This document shows positions 12,513-24,886 of a stretch of 64,000 nucleotides of DNA, piece after piece (the stretch's first letter is position 1; each line of letters starts with the position of its first letter). The notes below the pieces were generated by a model. It did not search any database and was not told the DNA's origin. It saw only the letters and a list, made by a program, of their open reading frames with translations. The stretch spans positions 1-64,000 of the forward strand of contig JYFJ02001851.1 of the NCBI GenBank assembly GCA_000934665.2, written 5' to 3'. This stretch comes from Catajapyx aquilonaris (Eukaryota). The translations under genes and the position numbers were made by a program.

Positions 12513-13260
12513 TATAAAAGCGGCAAAAGTAAATAAATAGTAAATGGCGAGCGACGTCCAGGACATCCAAATCGATTTCCTTTTACGCTCCAGTCCAGCC
12601 AGTGCAAATCCCAACTTGATCCTTACTGAAATATTGTGGGATAGAAAGACAATGCGCAGAAAGTCAAACAATAGTGCGAAAACGGCTGTCAGCCGCAGCT
12701 GAAAAAGGTTTCTATGATCAATGCGAATATTCAAATGTGCAGGGCTAGCCCATCCCAGCCCTGTGCCCCCAGGCTTGACCCAACCGGTGACGTAGCCGTC
12801 CTTCAGACTGCCCCTAGTCACCGGACGTCCTTGATCATTCCTGGTCCCGATCACGGGCAAATATGCAGCATTTGAATGATTCCATCCAGCCAACGCTTCC
12901 TTCCTTCCTTCCTGGGGCCAAATGCAGGGGAGTAGGGGCCAAACATGATGATCGATTGAGGCGCACTGAGACAGAGCGCATGGTGGACCTGGCTGGGAGG
13001 CTACCCGCCATGATGCCTCTGTGTGCTCTGCTCTCCTGCCGGTAGAGGCGCTGGGAACAACCGAGGGTTGGGGGCAGGTGGAGGCACGGGTGGAGGGTAG
13101 CTGCGTAGGATAGGGGCGACGAGGGAAGCCAGCGAGCGATAGCGGAATCTACCCCCCAAACCCCCCAGTCTTTCCAACCCCACCCCCTACCCACCCGCCT
13201 GGCCTGGTCGGGAGTCTCACTCACTCACTCACTCACTCACAGGCAGCAAGCCAGCAGAAC
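12513..13260 (+). promoter_or_regulatory. Candidate core promoter and GC-rich 5' leader of the + strand gene
   Basis: TATAAAAG at 12513-12520 with AAATGGCG (YY1-like) ~30 nt downstream. GC-rich stretch with no recognisable TE leading to the ATG at 13261; (CTCA)n at 13216-13240. TSS position is inferred. Confidence 0.35.
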
Positions 13261-13413
13261 ATGGCGGCGGCAATGGCTGTATCAGTTAACGGTGCGGGTG
13301 TGGAACAAGGCAGCCAGACTATCAAGACAGAATTGGTGGCAGCCATTAAAGCGGAGGATATGATGGTCAACGGATCGCAGACGGACCTGACTTCAGGGAG
13401 CATTGCACATTCG
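13261..13413 (+). CDS. Probable first coding exon (51 aa, phase-0 donor) of an unidentified long-intron gene, possibly a nuclear regulator
   Basis: Good Kozak context AAC ATG G; MAAAMAVSVNGAGVEQGSQTIKTELVAAIKAEDMMVNGSQTDLTSGSIAHS; consensus donor TCG|GTAAGT at 13414-13419; GC-rich context; (GCAG)n just inside the intron. Confidence 0.72.
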
Positions 13414-13463
13414 GTAAGTTTTTGTATTGTTGCGCTTTGTGCAGGTTGGCAACCGTGACCCTG

Positions 13464-13491
13464 AGGCAGGCAGGCAGGCAGGCAGGCAGGC
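13464..13491. repeat. (GGCA)n microsatellite
   Basis: aggcaggcaggcaggcaggcaggcaggc seen directly. Confidence 0.9.
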
Positions 13492-14697
13492 TGACGGGTG
13501 ACTAGCCCGGGAGGGTTAAAGGTTAGACTATGGGCAGCAGATCTGACCAAGCATGGTCATGCGTTCATTATTGCTGCGAGTACAGCTGTGCGCCACATGT
13601 GACTGTCATTATGCATAGGTGTCGCCAAAATACCAGACAAAAGACTTAGTATGAAAAATATATCCTCGAAAATATGCTAGTTTTTATAATGGATATAATT
13701 AGGGTTGCATAAATCAGAATTCATTTGCGATGTACATGAGCTTGGTAGACAAAAGAGCAAAATGCGAGGTTGTCACGTGGTAGGGCGCTTCACAATTTTC
13801 ACATGCATGGCTGCCTTTCTTTTGAGCTCTTTTCACCCATTTGGCTAGTCGCGGCCATAATTTTTTGGAGAATAACAACCCCCGCCGTTGTTAGTATAGA
13901 GCGATGCCGCTTTTTGCGAAATAATGCACTCACGCTGGAGAATAAAGAGCCACATGTTTTTAACACTTTATACGTGGATGTAATAGGTACCTTTGATGAT
14001 ATTATAAGCAGACACTTGGTACGAACATTTACAGTAATGTAAATATAGCAGCTAATTATGCATTGTTTATAAATATAAGGCATTCCCACGCTGAAAATAT
14101 TCGACGAATACTGTAATTTATCATAATTATGCATGTTCGTGAGAATTTTTCATTAAAGGAAAAGGATGAAATCTCAGTACACCGAAATACCCGTGGTTTG
14201 TCATGCCGATACGGCCGATTCACTCTGAATCATTTCTAAATTTCCTCTATTTAATCCACGCACGCATTATCCAAGAGCAACAACAAAATTACACTAAAAT
14301 TATTTAGTGTTTTTTAACAAATGTGTTCGGAAAATCACGCAGCCTATATTTGACTGTGGAATTTGCACAATTGAAATCATGCTGAATCATTCAGTGTCCT
14401 GAGTAAGTCATGTATTTGCTTCACGTATTCTGAGTTAAAATACTACCATATTATTTTTAAAAAATATTTTGAAAAGGCCCCAATCACGTTTTGCTTCTGG
14501 TATGTGGTATACACATTATTCTGCAGGTATATTACCTGCCGATAATGGATGATACACATGCGGATGCTGTACAGATATTTCTACGTGTAATATAGTGTGC
14601 GTGGAGATTGTGACCGCGGAAACTTTCGGTCGCTGTAGTCGTCGGCATGGTCCTTTCAAAAAATGACACTTCGGACGGATCTAATGCTAACGTTATA

Positions 14698-15069
14698 GGT
14701 GCGTTTACACTATGGGGCTCGTCTCGAAAGCGATTCAGATGCGTGTCTTTGGAGACGACCTTTTAGGTGCAGTCCCAGGCACGCCCGTTTACGCTTTGTT
14801 TATGCCGTGTCAGTGGTGCCAACCTGGTCGGCGCCTAGGTAAATTGCCAGTGTGAAGTACTCACATTTGAAGCATTGATAAAAGATCCGATGAGTGCGAG
14901 TCTGCCTGTAAAATTCCCGGTCGCATCATGACAGGGGTGCCAATTATGTCGAGGAGAACGCGTTTGTGTCTTCGAGGCGGCGATTTGAGACGCGTCTGGG
15001 ATAGCTCGTCTAAAGAGCGCGCCGAGCGTAAACTTCATCTCAACTGCGTCCCACTAGTATAAACGCACC
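14698..15069. mobile_element. PIF/Harbinger-like MITE
   Basis: TIR GGTGCGTTTACACTA ... TAGTATAAACGCACC, AT-rich flanks (TATA|...|TATT), internal GAGACG/CGTCT repeats. Confidence 0.7.
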
Positions 15070-15306
15070 TATTATGAACATCATAACAATCCCACGAAGT
15101 CAACAATGATGTATGTTTTGGTATTTAAATAGGACAAGGGGGCGTCATACCTGAAGCCAGTGCGTGAGTTTCTGATCACCCTGTACATTACTATGAATTT
15201 TTTTCCATATTATACCAGTAGTAGCCTTATAGTTACTTATTACAATATTACTGCGTAGTAGTAGGCATACTAATGGCGTACTCATATTATGAAGGCTACT
15301 ATAGAT

Positions 15307-15840
15307 AGGCCTACTCCTCGTTTTACGCCGTTTCATATTGACGCCGATTACAAAGTTACATTCTTTTCAAAATAACAAAACAATATTTACATAAGCACAT
15401 CACTGCAGCACTTCCGAGTCCAAACACACTACAGTATAGGCACTTGTTTTATTTTTCGTTATATATGCATCGTGGCAGGGTTTATACTGTAGCTATATAC
15501 AGTACTGTATTATTGGTATCTGCCCTCCCCGAAGTACTGTATCCGTTGTTACAATGCACTATGTGTACTGTAGTTCTTGCCAAATAATGGAAATGAACCC
15601 TCAGAATCTGAAGACCATCAACCTGGAACCTCATATTAAACATGTGTATGAAATGTTTAAAATACAGGTACTGACAGTGAGCATTAAAAATGCAATATTA
15701 GTGTTGTCTCAGGGATTTCTTTTTGAAATTTTGGAACCCATCTCATTCACATACGTAATAATTTTGTTTCGTTTCACGCCTTTTCACTTTACGCCGCATG
15801 TTGCTAGAACCAATCCCCGGCGCAAAACGAGGAGTACCTG
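15307..15840. mobile_element. pogo/Tigger-like MITE
   Basis: TACTCCTCGTTTTACGCC (15312) inverted to GGCGCAAAACGAGGAGTACCTG|TA (ends 15840); subterminal ACGCC repeats at both ends. Confidence 0.65.
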
Positions 15841-15921
15841 TATTGCATTTGTAGAGTGAACAAAATCCTGTAAGTAAAATCAACTCGAATATTACTTTCT
15901 GGTCGTCCATATACTGTAGAG

Positions 15922-16026
15922 TACGTAACGCGGGTAGGGGGAGTTGAGGTCAACGTGACGCAGAAGGACATGGTGTAGGGGAGTCAAAAATGCAGAAGGT
16001 CTGTGACGCACTTAATGGACGGCCCC
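15922..16026. mobile_element. Harbinger-like short MITE remnant
   Basis: Ends GTGACGCACTTAATGGACGGCCCC|TTTA with internal GGGGAGTCAAAAAT, a pattern typical of short GGGGCCGTCCAT-terminated MITEs. Left end is unclear. Confidence 0.45.
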
Positions 16027-17333
16027 TTTATTAACTTCAGCTAATTAGATAAAATAACGAGCCGTGTAGTGTAATGGGAATATACCGGTATAATACATCC
16101 TATTATTCGTAATTTTTTTGTTAGTTTTAATTTTTTAAAGCCCTGAATACCAGTCTGTAGTCAGATGAGTCGAGGTATTTTCTCAGATCAGTATCAACGT
16201 GGCTTAGGACATTCTGGGCTAACTTGTAAGCTTACCATCAGGTTTTCTAACTTGCCGAGTATTCTGGTGGGCAGCTTTCTTAAAATAGGCGTGGGATAAG
16301 TATAATCAGATGCCTTGGAAGGACGTGAGTAAAGTTGGAAATATGGGTGGGGGGGGGGAGTACAAAAGTATTAGGAATACTATCAAACTTCCCAAGAGTT
16401 GCGATGTGAAAAGGCTCTGTGGTTTCCATGTTATTACAATCGATAATATAGGCTGGCAAGTGAGGAATTTTCGATACGGCTTAAATCTGATGGTAACCAC
16501 CAGCAGTTTGAGTATCGATTAGCGACTAATTGTAGTCGATGGGTACAGGGTGGCGAATTTTTGGGCAATTGGGAAGGCCACTGGAAGTTTCCCGCCAGCC
16601 TTTGTTCTTTGTTCGTGCTGGTCCCGCGCTTTTTGTATGCTTCACCTGGCATCTTGTAGTCCAAGTCACTCCTTCTCCCATGCTTTTCCTAACGGACCCT
16701 ACCCGGTTCTACAACCCATCTTCACAAAGGAAGGAGGGGAGAAGGGGGCATGAAAGGACCTTGAGCTTGCCCAGGAATATTACAATTCCAACAACGCGGT
16801 AAAGTGGCCGTCGATGTGCATTGTTGCCAGATCTGGGGTGTGTGTGCGTGATTGGAGCTAGATCGTCCCATGGAGCGATATCTCCTGAGGCTATTAAGAT
16901 AAACAAAAGTTGCGTGCGGATAACTGTCAAGCGTGGCCCCTCGCTTAAATTGGACATTCAAATACCTGCGTGCACTTGAGTGAACATTCAAAAATCCGGG
17001 AAGTGGATGTGTTGAAGGGGGGTGGTCGAGAATTTGCGACACTTGGGTGTGAGATAAGTGCCAAGTTTCAAATCTGGCCTATGAACGAGTTCTTCAGATT
17101 TACGAGTTTCTTTTCGAAAAACACACGCAACAAAACCCGTTTGTAACCTTGATTTGCCTGCCTGCGCTTTAATTTAGAAATATATTACCTTCGACCGCAT
17201 TGTATTTGAGCACCTTGTTATTACCCACGAGGATGTACAGTTTTCTATGGGAATAGTTTTCCAGGAAGTTGATGGCCGCGTTTAATACACGAATGGTTCG
17301 ATGAAAATGAATATTATTGAAAACTTACATTTA

Positions 17334-17440
17334 TGGCCGGTTTCACCAAGTTCGGTTTTCATAAAAACCCTGCAAATAGAATAGGGATTTTCCGAAAGAA
17401 CCGGGGTTTTTATGAAAACCGGGCTTGGTGAAACCGGCCA
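17334..17440. mobile_element. Harbinger-like mini-MITE, family B copy 1, TTA TSD
   Basis: TTA|TGGCCGGTTTCACCAAGTTCGGTTTTCATAAAAACCC...GGGTTTTTATGAAAACCGGGCTTGGTGAAACCGGCCA|TTA. Confidence 0.88.
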
Positions 17441-20400
17441 TTAGTTTTTATTTTATTTGCAGACCACAACCATGGCCTAAACATTGTACCGGAATTATTG
17501 TCTCAAATCCTGTTATTCTTTCATGCGTATACATAACGGGTGAACAATGTGAAGGCACTGTACCAGTTACTGAACCTTTGTGTTGCGCATTTCTTCTATG
17601 AAAAAACGCACATATTTTTCTGCAGCGCAGGGAGTAATACCTTCTTTCATTGCTCCCTGAGGGATACTTGTTAACCTTGGAAGAGCATCATACCATTCGT
17701 GGGTCACGTGTATCTTTACCTGCTTATACTATACTCTATAGAATATATTCTATTCGGTATGTGGCCTATTCTTGTACTCGGGACATTTCCAATAACGAGC
17801 CTACTGTATTTTTGACCAGAAAAAGAACGCGAAAAGGTCCATGAGGATTTTGCATGGGGCACACCTATACTTTTATGCGTGTGTAAAAAAGTAACGAATG
17901 CCTGTGTTTTTACCAAGTAACAGTGATTATTATCACTACATGCGGATAAATCTGAATAACTTCCGCATACGTTTGCGACTAGTAATTTTGAACGAAGATG
18001 AAAACTTTTTATTGCTGTTAGGTTTTTACCTGCAACAAAAACTGGGGGAACCCCTACCTGCAAATGACTAAGCAATAATGAATAAGAGGCTCCTGTAATA
18101 TATTTTATAGCACGCTGGGAATGACGTGTTTGATTTTGTGGGAAGTGGAGCAGTGCATAGGAAAGTGTCTTCGGAGATACAATAATTCAGGGTGCCATCT
18201 TACCCCAGTAATCAGCACTCACGAGCTTGCAGAAATGCAGTGATGGAGGTGTCTTGTCAAAGCTTCCTTCATATCCTGGCTGCGTGATTATTAAAAAGTC
18301 GTAAAATATAGGTAGCATGTAGAGGTCCAGGAATTTCCCCCGGGGAAAAAAATGACAATGGCGATGTTTATCCACTTTGCAAAATGATAGTGTTACGTGT
18401 CGCGACGCATGTTGATGAATGACAATTAAGCCGTGCAAAAAAGTTCGGCAGAAGTTGCGTAGGGTCGTTGAGAACCACTCTGTTGATATTACAATATTAC
18501 CGGGAATTATTAAAGAATGGTACACCAAAATATTGACATGGTTGTTATGCGTAGGAGGTGGTATAATGTAGGGGAAACCCAACCAGGCTGGGGGGTTTCG
18601 CCCTTGCTCATTGCCTGGTGAACACAAAGCTGAAAGTGGCCTGACAGCCGGCGCGGCGCGGTGCATGTGTGCGTGTGTATGTGGATATGGGGGGGAGGGG
18701 TACCATATTTTCAGTCTATTTTCCGGAAAGGGTAACTGAGTCGAATCAAAACAATTTTGAGCGTGTGTTGCCGCTGCACGTGTTGCCATTATGAATGGGC
18801 CTTTGCTAATAATGGGTAGGATGTACCTATTTAAAAAAATAATAATTTCGAAGTTGTATTTAGTGCCTACACATGCTGGGCCACGATCGACTGTTGGCTG
18901 GAGTTGGTTGTTTTTGCCATCATCTCCCCTTTTTTTAAACTCAGAGAGAGGCATAATTTTTGCACATCATATTTTAATATGCGACCGAGTATCCCGGAGT
19001 ATTTCGTGGAAATAGGCGGTGGTTCCCATAAACTTAACGCAGGCCCTCTTGAGTAACGGTTATTTCCAAATCCTAGCTACGCGAATTGTGGCTCAAAGTC
19101 TCGTGACGCCACAGCATCCCACAATTTAGTGCTTCCATTCTGGAACGGTCTGGAAGTGTGCAGCCAGCTTATTATTCGCGGGGTTTGGCCATGGGAATTA
19201 CGTAGACCTGTATACGCTACCGTTTTAGAAGGGATCAATCCGATTACATATATCGGAGAAAATATTTAGACGATTTTGAATCCAAATTAAAATACCTCTA
19301 GCCTAAATCATGTTGTCTCGATAAATATAGTAATTGCAGGAACGTGTCCGGTAGAGGTTTATTTAATTCGTTTAAATTCGCAGGGCTGCCTTTTCACTTT
19401 TTTTGGTACTTTGCATTCTACAAATAAAATGGTTGCGGGGTAGTGCTTTGTAAAAATTATGCGCCGTGACACTTTGGACCCTCTCGACATCAAAAATGCG
19501 TTTTGAACACTAGTACGCCTACTGGCCATATACGGTAATTCGATCAAGAATGTGGCACTTAAAAATAGATGTACCCGATTTGATCAGCAATCACATTTAG
19601 CCAAGAAATAACGGAAAACAAGGAAGGAATCCACAAAGGAGACTAGGAGAAAATGGTGTAAGCAATCCCGAGGATCAGCCCACAGCTGCACAAATGAAAC
19701 AATTGGCCACTCATTAACGAGATAAGCCAGGAACGTAGTAACATTGAATAAAAAAACTGTTTTCACCTTGATAAAAGCTGTAGTTGGCGAGTAAGGTCGT
19801 GCTGGCCCTGGCTGGCGTAGGTGAACTGGCCATATAGGAGATTTGGAATGGAGGCAGATGTTGTGGAAGCCTCCGAAAGAAGTATGCATGGCGGGGTGTG
19901 GTGCAGGGTCCCACTGACCGAATTACCATGTGGGAAGGACGCAAAGCGAGGAAGCCCACGGGACATTTTTTTGCTTGTTACTGCGTGCCGGGGTCACGGA
20001 GAACGGGTTAGGGTGTCCAACATTGCAAGTGGGCCTTTTTTCAAATGTGCACCGAGTGTTGACAAATGGTCGTGGGTGTCACGTGGACAGTGACACTTGC
20101 GGCTGGGTATACAGTATAGGAAGGGGTCCTGAAACCAAAGACTGACCAAAGTGTCACATGGAGCGAACAGTTAATGCCGTGTTTTTTTCTTACTGTTGCA
20201 GTTTCGGTTGTTTGGTATCGGGTGGTCCACTTGTTGTCAGCCTTTTTTGCATTATTAGGGAAGATGGTAGTCAACGTTATGTGGTTTAATGCCATACCAA
20301 TCGGGCGCCATGTCGTACTTGAAAGCAGCTGATAACAGACTACAACATAACGTCAAAGCTATCGTCGGAATATTTCATTTTTAAGCGCAATGTGTCAGGT

Positions 20401-20678
20401 GCACTTTAGTCCGTCGCTTAATAATAATTCCGGAAGTAAGGAGGATAGATAACTGCCATTTTGTTTACCTGCTTTCCAGCAGGACGTCTTATTAAAAAAC
20501 TTCAAACATTTCGAAAGTAACGTATCTGATAAATGGAATTGTGGCTCCTGTTGTGCTTGTAGAATCTTTTGTCGTGTCCTGTACTCGTGGTGGTAGCAGA
20601 GGAACAGCCATGATGCTGAATGGGTACTCGCTGCGTATCTCTTGTTATATTTACTGCACCATGCTCACATTTAAAATA

Positions 20679-20832
20679 TAGCGAAACCTCGTCCTATCAT
20701 TTCTCAGGTTCCAATTTTCAATTCCTATTATCCCGAAACAAATCCAATATAATATACGCTCCCTCATTTATCGTTTCCCTATTTATCGTGTATTATGGGT
20801 CCCGACAAAAACGATGAATCGAGATTTCACTG
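20679..20832. mobile_element. Degenerate pogo/Tc1-like mini-MITE
   Basis: TAGCGAAACCTCG ... CGAGATTTCACTG|TA with internal TTTATCGT repeats. Confidence 0.5.
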
Positions 20833-23800
20833 TACAGCGTCCTTATTGGAACTTGTAGAATGAAGATTAGTTTAGGCGAGAATATGGTAGTTTTCTTGTA
20901 ACATGGCTATAGGTTGGATTTTTTTTGCTTGAAAAAGTATCCCCGTGGTAAATGCAGGGCTTTCATCAGAGCAGTAAGTTCAGCGGAGATGATAACTCAT
21001 TGGTGGTAGCGGATATTTTGTCACAGTAAATTACTACCGTAATAGCTAGTTTATCTGGATTAATTATCCTACGGAAATAGCTCATTTCGCATCTCTTTTT
21101 CTTCCTTAGGTATAGTTTTTAGCTAAGAATTTCCTAACCCTTGACGTGAGAAAAGTTATACTCGATTCGTGCTCTTTGTACGTTTGTACCTTTTTGCGGA
21201 GCACAATCAATCTCTATGAATGGATGTTGTATTCAGCTGATAACAGAAGCGAAGTGGTTAGATAGTGCACAAGCCCCTCCTTGATGTTTCAAGTGCCTCA
21301 TATCCCTCGGAATAAAGGAACTACTGTACTGTCATAGCCCCAGAGGTTGTGCTTGTAAGGCGGAAGTACATTATAAAGAATTTGATGACTCCGGAGAAGG
21401 GACTGATACCTTTCAGCTCTGTTCACTGTGAGCTGTGGGCGTATTTTACTAATTGGTATAATTAGGAATTCTCAGTTCCTGCAAAAAGGTAGTAAAAGAT
21501 ACCATGGAACTTGTTGTAAGTCCAGTAGGATTTAACTGGTGGTCAGTGATTGGCAAAGCATGGGCCTACCCTATTTTATATTTAAAATAACGGGAAGTGT
21601 GCCTCACACAATGTTACATATGTTATTTTACAAAGCATACGATTGTGTGTTTCGTAATTCACGCTGTTTTACAACAACCCAAAGTACGGGTTGATAAATT
21701 TCTGTAATTGGCGACCAACTAAACTCTGTCATAAATTACCGTAGTGGAAGTACCGTTCCGCAGTGTCAGAAAAATGACCACAAACAAGTCGCAGTCAATT
21801 TTAGAACCAACGAGTAAGCTCTTCTGTTGACCGTGACTGATAATAATGTGTAGCCTACATGGCTGAGTTGGGAGCAAGGAAAGCTAAAGAATAGCATCGG
21901 AAAAAGAGCATTTGGGCTACCATTATTAGTCTTCAAAGTGATATTGAAGGATGGTGTTGAAGGAAGATCAGTGTTAAATGGATTACTTCCTGCTTCAGTA
22001 CCTGGGAGCTGGGTCTATTATGTTAGTAACCGCCGATCAAGAATGAATGGGAGCAGTTGCATATAGCAACTCGAGAAAATAGGATTGGGACGAACAATTT
22101 TTGAAGTCGAGGTTACAACTGAGTTAGCAAGAGCGGAAAATTGACTCCCTCGGGGAGGCTGGAGATTAAGAGAGAGAGAAAAGACCGTGATTGGTATATG
22201 CAGATTCAGAGGTCGACGAATCTTCAATGATGTACTGTAATATCTTGCTTTCATCTTATAGAACCTGATTTTTGAGCCAAACAGACCTCGAATATTCTAA
22301 GCTTTAAAAGGTAGATGAGATGAGATTTTGTCTCCTACATTCGCAATATTGCCGCCTTTTGCTCGAACAATCAAAGGACTGCAGGAGGACAAAGCCCTGT
22401 GTGACGTCAACAGAAGGAACCTCCCGTACAGTTATGCCCACATTAGCGTCATTACCGTATATTAGGATCATTGTGGTTGTGACCTGCACACCTTTGGAAG
22501 ATTGGTGTGGGTTGGCATCTGGGTGACCTGCGTCAGTATTTGTTCAGAAAGGTCATGTCCTGATGTCCTGCGGAGGTTGATTAAATCGCGTAACGAATGG
22601 CAAAATCGCATAGTGGGTGAGGGACCAATTGAACATGCTGTGAACCAGTTCATAACTTCCGTCGCTTTTGAATGTTATAATTCCAGAATATAAGCTGTGG
22701 CAAAGCAGATTGTTCCCTGCCGACTGGCGTGTTTCAGATGATACTGAAATCATTTGCATACTCGCAACATTTGGTGTTATAAATCCGATCCATTGATGCT
22801 ATTATCCTGGACCATTCCGATTTATGAATTGGATTTGGGCTCTCAGATGGAATAAGCGTGTTGAAGGTGCAATGCATGAGTAGGTGTGGCTTGCGTAGCT
22901 AACACTGTTTTTGATGCAGTGGGCGGGGGTGACTGGAATATTAATATCGATTAGTGCTACTGGACTTCAAAATCGTTTGTAATTCTCAGTCACCATTAAT
23001 TTAGACCTTCAGGGGGGGGGGAGGGAGAGTTGCATTTTTTCATTACTGCTCGCATTATTATCCGACCTGGTCGGATAATGAATCGCACAAAGCCGAATGA
23101 GAGTGTAAAAAATGCAATTAATTGTAATACTCCAGGATTCGTCTGAGAGGAGCTGTTGTGAGCAGCTTTGCTTTGTGTTTCAAGTGTAAAGTTTGGTAAT
23201 GACGAAGGTTCTTTTGATTGCTTACGGGTTATTTAACTCGGGCATGCTTTCCACTCATTCCACCTAAGAAAGCGCTTGTTATTTAATGAAATCAAAGCTG
23301 CTATACAGAGAGCTCGACGAGATCCTGCGACTTTAGCTATAGGCAGTTTTACAGCTCAGATTAATGGTACTGCCTGTCGCAACTTACAGTATTGAGCACA
23401 CAAAAAATACCCGCGTTTTCTCTGAAGGAAGCTGGGGAAAATGAGTAGAAATTGCGTCGTTCGCATATCGCATGTGAGCAACGCAATTTCGAGGAGGGCG
23501 TATATATCGTGAGGCCCTTTTCTCTTTAGAAAATGCTCTTGTAGAATATTAGGGAAAGTGTTCAATTTGAAGGTGGACATGTGGAAAAATTTGCATTCTT
23601 TGATCTAGCCGAAAAGTAATGGATTTCTAACCATAAGCAGCAATCGTGATCATAAATGTGCCGTAACAGAATCAACCAAGGGAACTAGTTGAAAGCAGAA
23701 AATGGTGGTTAATTATGGATGGCACTTGAAGCATCGCATGTTGGCTTGTCGCCTTCTTTCTTCTCGTTATGGGAGGACGGAAGCTGTCGCATTGGTTGCA

Positions 23801-24732
23801 AACAAGTCTGTCGCAATTGAACAGAATAGCAATTTGGGTAGTCTGAATCGGGGTGCGCTTCTGAGAGCAAGCAAACACAGACATGCGGCTGTGGGCACAT
23901 TTCCACAGCAAAGGAACCGCAGCGGCCCTCAATTGAACCAGGGACTGCGCCATATTAGCCGAGTTGCAATGAAAATGACGCTGACAGGAGGGCGGGAGTC
24001 GGGGAAATGATCTTAGCCAAGGAATTGAACGGGGTGCGTGTGGCAGAAGCCCCGTATATTAGGATGGGGTTCTCCAACAGCGGTTCGCCACTTTCAGGCT
24101 CATCAGGCCTCTGGAATATTTTACCACAACCTACAAGTACGTGAAATCAATGTCAAATAATATCCTAATTGTTTTCCGGATTTATTAACAATTGGGAATA
24201 GTTCTCTACAATCTCTATACGACGCACCATGTTGTGTATAGTGTAAATACTCGTAGCTGCAATATCGCGGGCTGTGTGGAGATCGCCTTTCCTCCCACCC
24301 CGCCTTCCTCATTATCGCAGGTAATCTGGACCACTTGGTTCCAACGTGAACAAATTATTGCCCGTTTGACAGCGCCGGCGAAAGTTTTCGGAATTTCACG
24401 TGTATATGACTATATATGATTGCGTAGATGCTGAGAAGCACACGGTGGCAACACAGGGGTCCGACTCGTAGTAAGCTCTCACACTGCATTCATTCGATGC
24501 AAACGTGACACTGGGGCCCCTGAAGACCGGTGACGAGTCACGAAGCTGCATGCATTTTTTTAAAAAGAAACCAAAAAAAATCTTGCCCAGTTTCTCCCTT
24601 CGGTTTCGTAAGCCGACCCATATAATAATACGCCTATACCTTTCTCTCAAAACGTACTGATAAAGACATGGAATGAAGGACAATTTTATTCAGTTGTAGG
24701 AAAAGCAGCAAACATTTGCGCAACATCTGTAC

Positions 24733-24734
<2 letters not shown>

Positions 24735-24778
<44 letters not shown>

Positions 24779-24825
24779 GGCCCCACTGTGATGTGGTTAA
24801 GCCACAGGCCTTTCACGGGTTAACC

Positions 24826-24885
<60 letters not shown>
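24735..24885. repeat. (TTA)n - 47-bp spacer - (TAA)n inverted microsatellite pair
   Basis: ~44 bp of (TTA)n at 24735-24778 and ~58 bp of (TAA)n at 24828-24885. Confidence 0.92.

Positions 24886-24886
<1 letters not shown>

Noticed and set aside
18187..18954. Longest ORF in the track (255 aa, minus)
   Set aside because: No recognisable domain, composition looks like translated non-coding DNA, and there is no supporting splice or promoter context.
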